Source: a bacterium
GTDB taxonomy: Bacteria; SAR324; XYD2-FULL-50-16
Direction: 5' to 3'
Assembly: GCA_032250835.1 (NCBI GenBank)
Contig: JAVVEA010000003.1
Span: 153,458-217,457 of the forward strand
DNA length: 64,000 bases
Below, in pieces: positions 11,497 to 21,304 of this stretch (positions are counted from its first letter, which is position 1; every line of letters starts with the position of its first letter). Both the position numbers and the translations under genes were made by a program. Under the pieces are notes generated by a model. The model saw only the letters and a list, made by a program, of their open reading frames with translations, was not told the origin of the DNA and searched no databases.

Positions 11497-12240
11497 TGCT
11501 GGCTAGAAGCTTTGGGGGCAATCTGGAATGCGCCGGGGATTCTTTAAGGATTCTGCTGCTTTTGGCTCTTCTGCCTAAGCGTCACTCTCCATCGAAGGGG
11601 CTCCGCCCCCTCGGCGGCTGCGCCTCGCAAAGCAGCTTCGAGGCCGAAGGCCGAAGGCCGAGGGCTGCGTGGGTAGCAATGCGAGCCGGCGAGTATTGCC
11701 CAGCCAAAAGCCAAACTGTTCGAGCTTCGAGCGTTAGGGAGTCGGCTTTGCCGACGATTAAAATGGGCAACACTCGCAGTGCTCGCGTCACTACGCCCGC
11801 AGCCCTCACTTCGTTCGGTGCTACTTGGCGAGTGAGGCGTAGGGGGTCTTGAGCGCGAAGGTGAGGGCTCGTTTCTTTGTTACTTTTCTTTGCGAGCCAA
11901 AGAAAGTAATCCCATCTCTTTTTTCATTCCAAAGTTTTGTGCTTCCCAGCAGCTAGAAAGGAAGGGTCTTGCACTCTTTTGGGGATTCACGCCCTCAAGC
12001 ATCGCTTCGCTCGCTTGTCGGGGTGAATCCAGCGCGGTTTGAGGTTTCTAGTTTTGGGGGCTTGCTGGCTTATTGCTGGCTGGAAGCTCTGGGGCTCTTA
12101 ATGTTAAATGCGCCGGGGATTCTTTGGGGATTTTATTGCTTTTGGCTCTTCTGCCTAAACGTCACTCTCCATCGAAGGGGCTCTGCCCCCTCGGCGGCTG
12201 CGCCTCCTCCCCCGCCAAGGGCCGTTGGCCCCTGGACCCC
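11497..12240. repeat. Structured intergenic mosaic repeat element, copy B
   Basis: ~100-bp direct repeat 11527-11626/12107-12206; long foldback 11619-11841; modules shared with 7400-7680. Confidence 0.85.
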
Positions 12241-12313
12241 GTTTATTGTTTTCTCTTGAAAGTATCGCTGCGCTTGCTGGGCAGACTTTTCGGCCCCGCC
12301 GGTCCGGGCAGCC

Positions 12314-13117
12314 CTACTCCAACCCCTCACCAGAATCCGGCAACGGCTCCGCCTCCACCAACTCAACCCGAATCGACCCCACCGCCACCTCCGCCAAAAA
12401 CTTCAAGGGCAACCTCGGCGGGTCCTTCATCACCCAAATGTATAGCTTCCCACTAGTCCGCTGGAACAAACCCGTTGTTTGATAGTGCGGCTGGATCTTA
12501 TGGGCCATGTATACCCGCTTCTGGCCATTGATCTCCAACGCCACCTCCTCCTCAGCCAAAATATCCATCTTGATCCGGCTTAACTTGAGGTCGTCAAAGA
12601 CGTCAAACTCAAAGCTCATGCCCACCTGTCCAGCTAGCGGATGGCTTCGGGCATAAAACACCGCACTTAAAGGGTCTTGCAACTCGACCGGTAGGTCTGT
12701 GGTGGTGCCCACGCTGGCCCCGCCCGTGGTGCCCTTGGCGTAGCCGACCTGCTCCCATTGGCCCAAGTTCTTGTGGTAGTCAAAGGAGACGAAGTACTCC
12801 TTAAACAACTTACCTTCTTGAAGGTCCTTATGGTGCCAAAGGCTACGGCGGTTTTTGAGGTCCCAGCGAGATTCGATCCGGTCGTTGACCCGGAATATAC
12901 TGTCCAGCCAAGGGGCGCTGGTTGCTAGGGTAGAAAAATGGAGGCAGTCCGGTTGCTCTTTGCAGGGACCTAAAATGGACATCTCAGAAAAGCCCAAAGT
13001 GATCCAGTCGCTATAGCTGATGCGATAGCGTAGGGATTCCTTGGTTGGTAGAGGACCAGCCCAAAGGGGGGCGCTATAAAAGAGTAGGGATAAAAAGACG
13101 AGGAGTTTGCCGGTCAT
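12314..13117 (-). CDS. Secreted DUF3108-like protein
   Basis: signal peptide, ESLRYRISY, QDPLSAVFYAR, C-terminal RLPLKF...VGSIRVEL. Confidence 0.7.
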   Translation of the reverse strand: MTGKLLVFLSLLFYSAPLWAGPLPTKESLRYRISYSDWITLGFSEMSILGPCKEQPDCLHFSTLATSAPWLDSIFRVNDRIESRWDLKNRRSLWHHKDLQEGKLFKEYFVSFDYHKNLGQWEQVGYAKGTTGGASVGTTTDLPVELQDPLSAVFYARSHPLAGQVGMSFEFDVFDDLKLSRIKMDILAEEEVALEINGQKRVYMAHKIQPHYQTTGLFQRTSGKLYIWVMKDPPRLPLKFLAEVAVGSIRVELVEAEPLPDSGEGLE

Positions 13118-13158
13118 GGCCAGGCTGACGGTCGACCCAGTGGGCCGACCGAAAGAAC

Positions 13159-13416
13159 TTAAGACGCAGGCAGAACGGTGATGAACCGCTTGTTGTTGCG
13201 CTTTTTCTGGTAAGTCACCTGACCGTCAATGGTGGCGAACAGGGTGAAGTCTTTGCCTTGGCCGACGTTTTTGCCAGGGTGGAATTGGTTGCCCAATTGG
13301 CGGACCAAAATCGTCCCTGCGGTCACTTGCTCTCCACCGAAGCGCTTAACGCCACGGTACTGAGCGTTCGAATCGCGACCGTTCTTTACGCTACCTTGAC
13401 CTTTCTTGTGAGCCAT
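13159..13416 (-). CDS. rpmA: 50S ribosomal protein L27
   Basis: [16 protein letters not shown]. Confidence 0.98.
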   Translation of the reverse strand: MAHKKGQGSVKNGRDSNAQYRGVKRFGGEQVTAGTILVRQLGNQFHPGKNVGQGKDFTLFATIDGQVTYQKKRNNKRFITVLPAS

Positions 13417-13444
13417 GGTTTTACCTTCCTTTTAGAGGCCTAAA

Positions 13445-13759
13445 TTAGGCCTGAATGTCCGTAATCTGAATCTTGGTGTAATTCTGGCGATGACCCTGGG
13501 TCTTCTTGTAGCCCTTGCGGCGCTTCTTTTTGAAGATCACGATCTTCTTGTCTTTATAGTGGCTAACGATTTTGCCAGTCACCTTTGCGCCAGCGACGTA
13601 AGGGGTACCGGTTTTAAAATCGTTCTCGCCTGATTTCACGAAGAGCACTTCGGAGGTCTCGAAATCGGCGCCTTCTTCCTGGGCCAGCTTGTCCACGTTA
13701 AGGATCATGTCCTTCTCTACGCGGTACTGCTTCCCACCGGTTTTGATGATCGCGTACAT
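13445..13759 (-). CDS. rplU: 50S ribosomal protein L21
   Basis: MYAIIKTGGKQYRV...GHRQNYT. Confidence 0.98.
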   Translation of the reverse strand: MYAIIKTGGKQYRVEKDMILNVDKLAQEEGADFETSEVLFVKSGENDFKTGTPYVAGAKVTGKIVSHYKDKKIVIFKKKRRKGYKKTQGHRQNYTKIQITDIQA

Positions 13760-13856
13760 GGTCTGGTTCGCTCGTGAGTATGGTTTTTTTGCTGAAACAG
13801 TATTTATAGGGAGGCGGCCTTTAGGTTGTCAAGCGAATTTCTCTCGCTTTTGCCGC

Positions 13857-14979
13857 TTAGTCCGCCGCGCCCTCTGTTTCAGCCATGTAGTTCAAGGTGG
13901 CTTCAATAAACCCGTTTAAGGCCCCGTCCAATACCTTGCTGGCTGCGCTGGTCTCGTAGTCGGTCCGGTGGTCTTTAACTAGTTGGTAAGGGTGCAAGAC
14001 ATAGCTACGGACCTGACTGCCCCATTCGATTTTTTTCTTCTCGCCGTGCTCCTTGGCCGCCTCTTCTTCGCGCTTGTGTTGTTCGCGCTCATAAAGGGCT
14101 GATTTGAGGATCTTCATGGCCGTCGAGCGGTTTTTGTGCTGGCTGCGCTCGTTTTGGCACTGCACCACGATGCCCGTAGGTACGTGGGTGATCCGTACCG
14201 CCGAATCGGTGGTGTTGACGTGCTGTCCCCCCGCGCCCGAGGCTCGGTAGGTGTCGATCCGTAGGTCCGACTCGACAATGTCTACCTCGATGTCGTCGTC
14301 CAGGTCCGGGTAGACCGCCACCGAAGCAAAGCTAGTGTGGCGGCGCTTGGCGGAGTCAAAGGGCGAGATACGCACCAAGCGGTGCACGCCCATCTCCGCC
14401 TTTAGCTTGCCGAAGGCGTATTCTCCCTCGATGGCCAAGGTGGCGCTCTTGATGCCCGCTTCTTCACCGGCCTGAAAGTCCAGCAGCTGCACCGACATAT
14501 TTTGGTCTTCGGCCCACCGCTGATACATCCGCATCAACATAGAGGCCCAATCCATCGACTCCGTCCCGCCAGCCCCGCTGTTGACCATCAAAACCGCTGA
14601 GGCCTTGTCGTTGGGGCCGCTTAAGAGGTGGTTCAGCTCAAAGGCGCGCATCAGTTGGTCTGCTTCCTTGAGGTTGCTTTCGGCCTCTTGGGCCAAGCTG
14701 GGGTCCTCTTCCATCTCTAACAGTTCCAAAGCGCTGGCGGCGTCTTCGACCAATTGGCCGATCCGTCCGAAACGCTCCAACTCGTCTTTGAGGGCCGAAA
14801 CCTGCTTGAGTGTTTTGGTCTGCTCCTCGGCGGGCTGCTGCCAAAAGGATTCCTGGGCGGTCTGGAACTCTAGTTCTTCAAGTTTGTTTTGCCGTTGTTC
14901 CCAGTCAAAGGTACCCCCGGAGAGTCTCCGCTCTCTCCCGGACGTCCTGGATATGGGACTTTAAATGTTCGATGCTCAT
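13857..14979 (-). CDS. prfB: Peptide chain release factor 2 (programmed +1 frameshift after codon 24)
   Basis: SPF and GGQ motifs; true start ATG 14979 ([24 protein letters not shown]) then CTT TGA C slip site. Confidence 0.97.
14904..14919 (-). other. prfB +1 ribosomal frameshift signal
   Basis: minus strand CGGGGG TAC CTT TGA C: SD-like element plus CTTTGAC. Confidence 0.95.
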
Positions 14980-16193
14980 AGGTTGGTTAGGGTCAATTGG
15001 ATCGCCGCTTCAAGCCGCTTCAGCCCTTCGGCCAATTCTTCTTCGCTGAGCCGCAGACTGGGCACAAAACGCAGCACGTCCGCCCCGGCGACTAAAATCA
15101 TCAATTCTTTTTCCAGCGCCGCTTCCACAAAAGCCTTGGCCTTGCCTTTATAGGGGGCCTTTAACTCGCAGCCGATCAGCAGGCCCAAGCCCCGGATCTC
15201 CTCAAAGAGTTGGTACTTTTCGCCCAACCTTTGTAGGCCTTTGTTCAACTGCTCGCTGCGCAGCTTGACGTTCGCCAACAGTTCGGGTTTGGCGATCTGT
15301 TCTAAGGTTGCCTTGGCCGCCGCACAGGCCAGCGGGTTCCCGCCGAAGGTGCTGCCGTGGGTGCCCGGTTGGAACGACTGGGCCACCCGGTCGCGGGTCA
15401 ACATAGCCCCGATGGGGAAGCCCGAACCCAGCGCCTTGGCGCTGGTTAAGATGTCGGGCCGCACGCCCAATTGCTCAAAGGCGTAGAGCGTTCCGGTCCG
15501 GCCTGCGCCGCTTTGGACTTCGTCAAAAATCAATAGGGCCTGGTGTTTGTCGCAGGCCTCCCGTACCGCTTGGGCGAATTCGGCCGTCGCCGGGTAGACG
15601 CCGCCTTCGGCCATGATCGGTTCCATGATCACCGCGCAGGTCTCTTCGTTGATCAGGCCCTCTAACTCGTCGATTTGGTTGAAGTTTCCGTAGATCATCT
15701 GCGGCGGCAGGGGCCCAAAGCCCTTGCGGTAAGATTCCTGGCCCCCGGCGGTGACCGTAAAGAGGCTGCGGCCATGGAAGCTTTTGTGGAAGCTGACGAT
15801 TTGGTTTTTCTTTTCGCCATGGTGGTCGAAGGCGTAGCGCCGCGCTAGCTTAAGGGCCGCTTCGACCGCTTCACTGCCTGAGTTACCAAAAAAGACCCGG
15901 TCAAAGCCCGTCAAGCCAGTGAACAGCTCGGCTAGCTCAATCTGGGGCAGACTGGCGAAGTAGTTGGATACATGCCAGATTTTGTCGGCCTGTTCTTTAA
16001 GCGCCTCGGTGACCTCGGGCGGGCAGTGGCCCAACCCGGTGACGGCGATCCCGCCGGTTAGGTCCAACAAACGGCGGCCTTCTACGTCGGTTACCCAAGA
16101 ACCTTCCCCTTTAATGGGCAGGAGGTTCAAGGGGGCGTAGTTGGGCACCATCACCTTGCGGTATCGATCCAATAGGTTCAGCGTCGTTTCCAT
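14976..16193 (-). CDS. argD: Acetylornithine/succinylornithine aminotransferase (class III PLP)
   Basis: NSGSEAVEAALKLAR, SFHGRS, FDEVQSG, SAKALG, HGSTFGGNPLA. Confidence 0.9.
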   Translation of the reverse strand: METTLNLLDRYRKVMVPNYAPLNLLPIKGEGSWVTDVEGRRLLDLTGGIAVTGLGHCPPEVTEALKEQADKIWHVSNYFASLPQIELAELFTGLTGFDRVFFGNSGSEAVEAALKLARRYAFDHHGEKKNQIVSFHKSFHGRSLFTVTAGGQESYRKGFGPLPPQMIYGNFNQIDELEGLINEETCAVIMEPIMAEGGVYPATAEFAQAVREACDKHQALLIFDEVQSGAGRTGTLYAFEQLGVRPDILTSAKALGSGFPIGAMLTRDRVAQSFQPGTHGSTFGGNPLACAAAKATLEQIAKPELLANVKLRSEQLNKGLQRLGEKYQLFEEIRGLGLLIGCELKAPYKGKAKAFVEAALEKELMILVAGADVLRFVPSLRLSEEELAEGLKRLEAAIQLTLTNL

Positions 16194-16194
16194 G

Positions 16195-17001
16195 TTATTT
16201 CCGTTTGATCACGACCCCATGGGGGTTGCGCAGGTCTACATACATCAGTCGGTCTTCTCGACGGTGCAACTCGGCACTAGCCAAGTGCAGCCGTTTTATT
16301 TTTTCCTCAAAGCCATCATGCCCAAACCGAAATTCTAAAGCCCCCGGTTGGGTGATCAGGCGGATGTTGGTGGGGTCATCCACCAAGAATTCGCTAACCG
16401 AAGCCAAGGGCAAGACGGGGTCGTTTTCGAGCAAGGCCATCAACTCCAAGGCTTTGTTAACCCCCGCCGATTGCAGCTTGGTGCCGATTGGTAAGGATTT
16501 GCTGTGGCTATCGCTTAACACCGGTAGATCCCACCCGCCCCACTGGGCGGGGCGGCCCAGGATCATCAGGTTTTGGTCGATCAAATACAACTCAGCCTCG
16601 GTCTGCAAGTAAGCCACCGGCTGGCGTTCCTTAACCTGCACCAGCAAGCCTAGGCTGCCGGTTTTTTTGAGGTCCACCTGTTCGATCCAAGGATCGGCCA
16701 ATAGGCGTTCGGCAAGGCTGTAGAGGTCTAATCCAAGCCAGCTGGTGCCCTCGGCTAACTGTAACCGGGCGGCCACCGCTTGACCGCTAAGGACTTGATT
16801 GCCCTGTACGGCTAATTTACGCAAGCTCCCTTGTAGATAAATCGGTGCCCAAGCGAAGGGAACCAAGATCAACCCTAACCCCGCCAGGGTCAACAGACCC
16901 CGAAGCATGCCCAACAAGGGGGCACCGCTGGTCGGGAGCCGGGACTTGCGCCTTTTGTGGCTGGGCGTGGCCTTGGATTTTCTGGGGGAATAGTCCTGCA
17001 T
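16195..17001 (-). CDS. ftsQ: Cell division protein FtsQ/DivIB-like
   Basis: basic N-tail, TM, POTRA (VQGNQVLS...PWIEQV...VKERQP), C-terminal YVDLRN. Confidence 0.75.
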   Translation of the reverse strand: MQDYSPRKSKATPSHKRRKSRLPTSGAPLLGMLRGLLTLAGLGLILVPFAWAPIYLQGSLRKLAVQGNQVLSGQAVAARLQLAEGTSWLGLDLYSLAERLLADPWIEQVDLKKTGSLGLLVQVKERQPVAYLQTEAELYLIDQNLMILGRPAQWGGWDLPVLSDSHSKSLPIGTKLQSAGVNKALELMALLENDPVLPLASVSEFLVDDPTNIRLITQPGALEFRFGHDGFEEKIKRLHLASAELHRREDRLMYVDLRNPHGVVIKRK

Positions 17002-17011
17002 GGGGTCTTCG

Positions 17012-17434
17012 TCAGTTGAAGAGGACTTTGCGGACGTCTCGCATATAGATTTCGAACTTGCCGAAGCTGGTCTCGCCGAAGACCTTGCTGTTGCCTTTAA
17101 CCCCTAAGTCGATCACCTCGCCGGACTTGAGCGTCACCTTGGTGGAGATGCCACCCGCCGGGGCGGGGTCGTTGGTTTTGACCTCCAGCTGGTTGATCTT
17201 CTCAAAGGGAATGGTGGTCAAGGTCTCGCCCCGTTTGCCTTGCAAGTATACCTTACCGTCCCAACTGACCCGGCTGGCGCTGGTTTGAACATTCTGGGTG
17301 TCCGTTAAGATCACCGCAAAATTCACTTCCGGTAGGGGGATGCTGTTGGTGTTGTTGGCGCTATCGTTGCCCAGCGCCATCAGACTGACCGGGGCCATGA
17401 AGGCCAGAAAAAGGAGCGGAAGGAGCAGGCGCAT
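17012..17434 (-). CDS. Hypothetical secreted protein
   Basis: signal peptide MRLLLPLLFLAFMAP; co-oriented with short spacing; start chosen at ATG 17434. Confidence 0.65.
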   Translation of the reverse strand: MRLLLPLLFLAFMAPVSLMALGNDSANNTNSIPLPEVNFAVILTDTQNVQTSASRVSWDGKVYLQGKRGETLTTIPFEKINQLEVKTNDPAPAGGISTKVTLKSGEVIDLGVKGNSKVFGETSFGKFEIYMRDVRKVLFN

Positions 17435-17492
17435 CGGGCGGTTTCCAAAGGGGTTTTTATTGCTTATCGTTCCCATAGCGGGCGACGTTTTG

Positions 17493-19691
17493 TCAATTGC
17501 TGGGCCCCAACAGACGGGCCCGGATCTCTTTTACGCTAGGTTCTTGAACCGCTATGAACTGCGCCAATAATGCAGCCCGGTGGGCTCCTTGATTTTCCGT
17601 TATATCGTCCTCTAGCGCCTTTAAGGCGGCGGCGGCCCGCAGCACCCCCAGGCTGAGGCAGGCCCCTTTGATGCGGTGGGCCTCTAGTTTAAGATGTTTT
17701 AAAGAATCCGGCTCAAGCAGCGCGCCTAAAGTCTCGGCTGCCCCTTCGAGGTCCTCTAAAAAGCTGCCCACCAATTCATCGACCAAGCGGGGCTCGTAGG
17801 TGGAACGCAACCTTTGGATCACGCCGGGGTCCAGCAAGGCGGGTTCGGGCGCAGCCGGGCGCGGTTCGCCGCAAAAATGCCAATCTGGGTCTTCAATTAA
17901 GCGCTGGCCCCAAAGGGCGATCCGCTCGGCCAATTGGTTTAGTTGAAGCGGTTTGGCCAAGAAGTCGTCCATGCCATGGAGCAGACAGGTTTTTCGGTCC
18001 TGGTCCGTGGCGTTGGCGCTGAGGCCGATGATCAGCGGTATGTGGGGCCCCGGCCAAGCGCCCTTGATCACTTGGCTGGTCTGTAGGCCGTCCATCTCGG
18101 GCATTTCCATATCCATCAAGATCAGGTCGTAATCTTGGTCGTACAGTTTTTCCATCACCACCACCCCATTCTCGGCGCTGTCGGCAGTATAGCCCATGCT
18201 GCCCAGTGCGGCCAAAGCGACCTTGAGGTTGGTCGGGTTATCTTCGGCGACTAAGACCTTAAAGGGGTAGGTCTCGTTTAAGAGCGGCAGTTTGGGGGCA
18301 CGGGCCGTGGTGTCTTGGCTCTGCTCGGGGGCCAACAACGCGGCGACCAGGGCGCTTGAGCGGATCGGTTTGGTTAAGGTTCGGTATTGGGCGGGGTCTT
18401 GAACGCCCAGAGGCAAACCCTTGGGGTTGAGCAACACCACCGGAGGCAGCGGCCGGAACTGCGCCAGCCATTCTAAGCTGTCCTGACCCCCTAGGTCGGG
18501 CAGGTGCCGGTCTACGATAAAGGCATGGTAGTCCGCCCGGTCTTTTAGCGCCTCGATGGACCGACCCCCCAAAAGATGGCAGTCGCAGGCACCCCCATAC
18601 CGGTTGATCAAACGACAAATCTGGGTCTTTAGCTGAGGGCTGCCAACGGCCAGCAAGAACCGGTGCCCCTGCAGCAAGCTCGCCTGCTCGGGTTTTGCCG
18701 CTGCTTGGGGGCGGTAGGGTAGGGTGAAATGGAATTGGGCCCCTTGCCCTAGTTGGCTATCTAGCCAGATTTTTCCCCCAAACAACTCCACCAGCGTTTT
18801 GCAGATCGAAAGGCCTAGACCGGTGCCGCCAAATTTACGATTCGTTGAAACGTCGGCCTGACCAAAGGCGGCAAAGAGCCGTTTTTGTACCGTCGGGGAG
18901 ATCCCTGGGCCCGTATCGCTGACGTAAAAATGCACCTGATTTTCTTCTAGTTCAAATCCAGCCGTGACCTCACCGGTTTCGGTGAACTTGACGGCATTAC
19001 CGATCAGGTTGACTAAAACTTGCTTTAGGCGGTGCGGGTCGCAAAGGACCGGCGGGAGCGGCTCACCGAGGCCGATCAACTCCAACCGCTTGGCGGCGGC
19101 GGTGGCCCCCATCAGGTCTAGGCTTTCTTCTAAGGCCAACTCCAAATCAACGGGGATTTCCTCTAGAGCCACCTTGCCCGATTCGAGGCGCGAGAAGTCC
19201 AGCAAGTCATTGATCACCGCCATCAGCAGGTCGCCTGAAGCGATGATGGTCTGTACGTAGTCGGTCTGGGCCGCACTCAGCGGGCTTAGCGCTAAGAGTT
19301 TGGCGGTGGTCACCACGCCGCCCAAGGGGGTGCGCAGTTCGTGGCTCATGCTGGCGAAGAAGCGGGCTTTGTCTTCTAAGGCTCGTTCGGCCACTTCCTT
19401 GGCTTCGCGCAGCGCCGCCTCGTTTTCGCGCAGTTGGCGTTCCACTTCGGTGCGGCGGGCTAGCTCTGCTTGTAGCGCCTTTTGGGCATCCAGTAATTTG
19501 CTTTCGTGCCGGTCATGGGTGTTGACCATCACCGTAAACTGGCGATAGAGCTTTTGGTAGGCCTCTAACAATTCAACAAAGCCATCACCCAATGCCGTAG
19601 CCTGCCCGCGAGCCTCAGATTCCAAGCGCTGCGCCTGTTCTAAAGATTGGCGTTCTTGATTAAATAAGTCTTGTGGCGGCGGTACAGGCAT
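17493..19691 (-). CDS. Hybrid histidine kinase (HisKA-HATPase-REC-REC-HPt)
   Basis: SHELRTPL, NAVKFT, GTGLGL, VAEDN...LMDMEMP, HPt AHRIKG. Confidence 0.92.
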   Translation of the reverse strand: MPVPPPQDLFNQERQSLEQAQRLESEARGQATALGDGFVELLEAYQKLYRQFTVMVNTHDRHESKLLDAQKALQAELARRTEVERQLRENEAALREAKEVAERALEDKARFFASMSHELRTPLGGVVTTAKLLALSPLSAAQTDYVQTIIASGDLLMAVINDLLDFSRLESGKVALEEIPVDLELALEESLDLMGATAAAKRLELIGLGEPLPPVLCDPHRLKQVLVNLIGNAVKFTETGEVTAGFELEENQVHFYVSDTGPGISPTVQKRLFAAFGQADVSTNRKFGGTGLGLSICKTLVELFGGKIWLDSQLGQGAQFHFTLPYRPQAAAKPEQASLLQGHRFLLAVGSPQLKTQICRLINRYGGACDCHLLGGRSIEALKDRADYHAFIVDRHLPDLGGQDSLEWLAQFRPLPPVVLLNPKGLPLGVQDPAQYRTLTKPIRSSALVAALLAPEQSQDTTARAPKLPLLNETYPFKVLVAEDNPTNLKVALAALGSMGYTADSAENGVVVMEKLYDQDYDLILMDMEMPEMDGLQTSQVIKGAWPGPHIPLIIGLSANATDQDRKTCLLHGMDDFLAKPLQLNQLAERIALWGQRLIEDPDWHFCGEPRPAAPEPALLDPGVIQRLRSTYEPRLVDELVGSFLEDLEGAAETLGALLEPDSLKHLKLEAHRIKGACLSLGVLRAAAALKALEDDITENQGAHRAALLAQFIAVQEPSVKEIRARLLGPSN

Positions 19692-19720
19692 TGGAAACCA
19701 GATGGAAAAAGGAACGCCCA

Positions 19721-20419
19721 TTGTACCTAGACTCGCCGAAAAACGAAAGAAGCTTTCTGGGCCTATCGGGCCACCAACTGCACCAAGCCCTGATAGATGC
19801 GCTGCGGCGCGGCTTGCTGTACGGCATTACCGACCTTCGCTTCGGCCACGGAAGCCATCTCGAAGCCGCCCAGGCGCTGGTAGAGGCTGGGATTTGTCTG
19901 GTGCAGTACCGGGGCAAGGATACACCCCGAGCCCGCCAGCTTGAAGAATTGTTGGAGCTGGTCCCCTGGGCCGCCGAACGGGGTGCCGCGGTGGTGGTCA
20001 ACGACGATGCGGCCATGGCGCGGGCCGTGGGTGCCGCGGGCCTGCACTTAGGCCAAGGCGACAGGCCACCCTTAGAGGCGCGCGACTTGGTGGGCCCCCA
20101 TGTACTGCTGGGTCTTTCCACCCACAACCGTCAACAGGCCCTTAGCGCTTTGGGCCAGCCGGTAGACTACCTGGGCGTGGGCCCCGCCTATGCCACGCAA
20201 ACCAAACCCCAGGAACCCGAAGCAGGCCTCGGCTTCCTGGCCTGGGCGTCCCAAGAAATCACCCTGCCCCAAGTAGCCATCGGCGGCATCACCGAAGAGC
20301 GCTTGGGCGAGGTCTTAAAGACCGGCCAAAAAAGCCCCGCCCTCATCACCGCGCTGCTGGGTGCCCCAGACCTGAGGGCCAGCGTCGCCCGGATCAGCGC
20401 CAGGTTGGCCGATTGTTGA
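19721..20419 (+). CDS. thiE: Thiamine-phosphate synthase (start uncertain)
   Basis: LYGITD, VQYRGK, VNDD, GLHLGQGD, GLSTHN, AIGGI. Confidence 0.9.
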   Translation: MYLDSPKNERSFLGLSGHQLHQALIDALRRGLLYGITDLRFGHGSHLEAAQALVEAGICLVQYRGKDTPRARQLEELLELVPWAAERGAAVVVNDDAAMARAVGAAGLHLGQGDRPPLEARDLVGPHVLLGLSTHNRQQALSALGQPVDYLGVGPAYATQTKPQEPEAGLGFLAWASQEITLPQVAIGGITEERLGEVLKTGQKSPALITALLGAPDLRASVARISARLADC

Positions 20420-20528
20420 AGGGGACTTGTAAGGTCTTGAAGAATTTTGCTATTAAGGAACCTAGTGCACCGGCAGCCATGGCAATACCGTCTCGCGGTC
20501 CGGGGCCTGATCTATTTTTTAAAGAGTT

Positions 20529-21053
20529 ATGAGTAGTCAAGGGATGAATAAACTATTGTTGCTCCTGCTGGGCTTGGCCTTGCTAACGGCGGGCTTTCTC
20601 TTTTGGCAGAATCAGCAGACCCAACAGGCGCTGGTGCAGATGCAACAGCAGATGCAGCGCTCTGCTATGAGCCCCGAAGGGAAAAAGGGAGAGGACCCCT
20701 ATCTGGCCGGTCCGGTCAAGAACAGCATCACCAAGGCCGCCGGGGAGCTACAGGCTTGTTACCTAGACTTGCTCAAAACCAAGCCCGAGATCACCGCCGG
20801 AAAGGTCCACCTAGACTGGCAGATCGACGGTGAAGGCAAGGTCTTTGGGGCCGGGATCGTCCAAAACCAACTGGGGGATAAGGCCTTTGGCGACTGCGTG
20901 GTCCAAAAGATTTCGGTGATCCGCTTCCCCCAGCCTCCCTTCGGCCAGCCCAAATATGTAGAACACAGCCTCTTTTTCAAAGACCAAGCGGCCCTCAAGG
21001 CTGACGCAGAAGCCCGCCAACAAGGCCCCTTAGTGCAGTTGCCCGCTCAGTAG
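20529..21053 (+). CDS. Membrane-anchored AgmX/PglI C-terminal (TonB_C-like) domain protein
   Basis: N-terminal TM; LQACY...GKVHLDWQIDGEGKV...CV...IRFPQP pattern. Confidence 0.65.
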   Translation: MSSQGMNKLLLLLLGLALLTAGFLFWQNQQTQQALVQMQQQMQRSAMSPEGKKGEDPYLAGPVKNSITKAAGELQACYLDLLKTKPEITAGKVHLDWQIDGEGKVFGAGIVQNQLGDKAFGDCVVQKISVIRFPQPPFGQPKYVEHSLFFKDQAALKADAEARQQGPLVQLPAQ

Positions 21054-21191
21054 ACGGGGGATGGATTGCCCCTAACAACTGCCCCTAAGTTAAAGGGGTG
21101 GTGGTCGCGGTAGCCGAGGCGGCCAACAAACTTCCAGGGCCCTCAGATGGTGGGTTTCTGGATATTATTCAATAAAACTGTTAGGCTCTTT

Positions 21192-21217
21192 GTAACTTAT
21201 CCGCTCGTTGGTCCGAA
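21192..21217 (+). promoter_or_regulatory. ECF (SigF/ECF16-type) promoter, left operon
   Basis: GTAACT-N16-CGAA, 88 nt before ATG 21305. Confidence 0.8.
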
Positions 21218-21304
21218 TATAGGCTATTAAGGAAGCACTCCTTTTAGGGAGGGCTTTTTGAGAAGGTACCCTAGAATCGACCAAACCCATTTAGGAATGT
21301 TGCT

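Noticed and set aside
7400-12240. CRISPR array
   Set aside because: Repeats are long, few and irregularly spaced, with no unique spacer periodicity and no cas genes.
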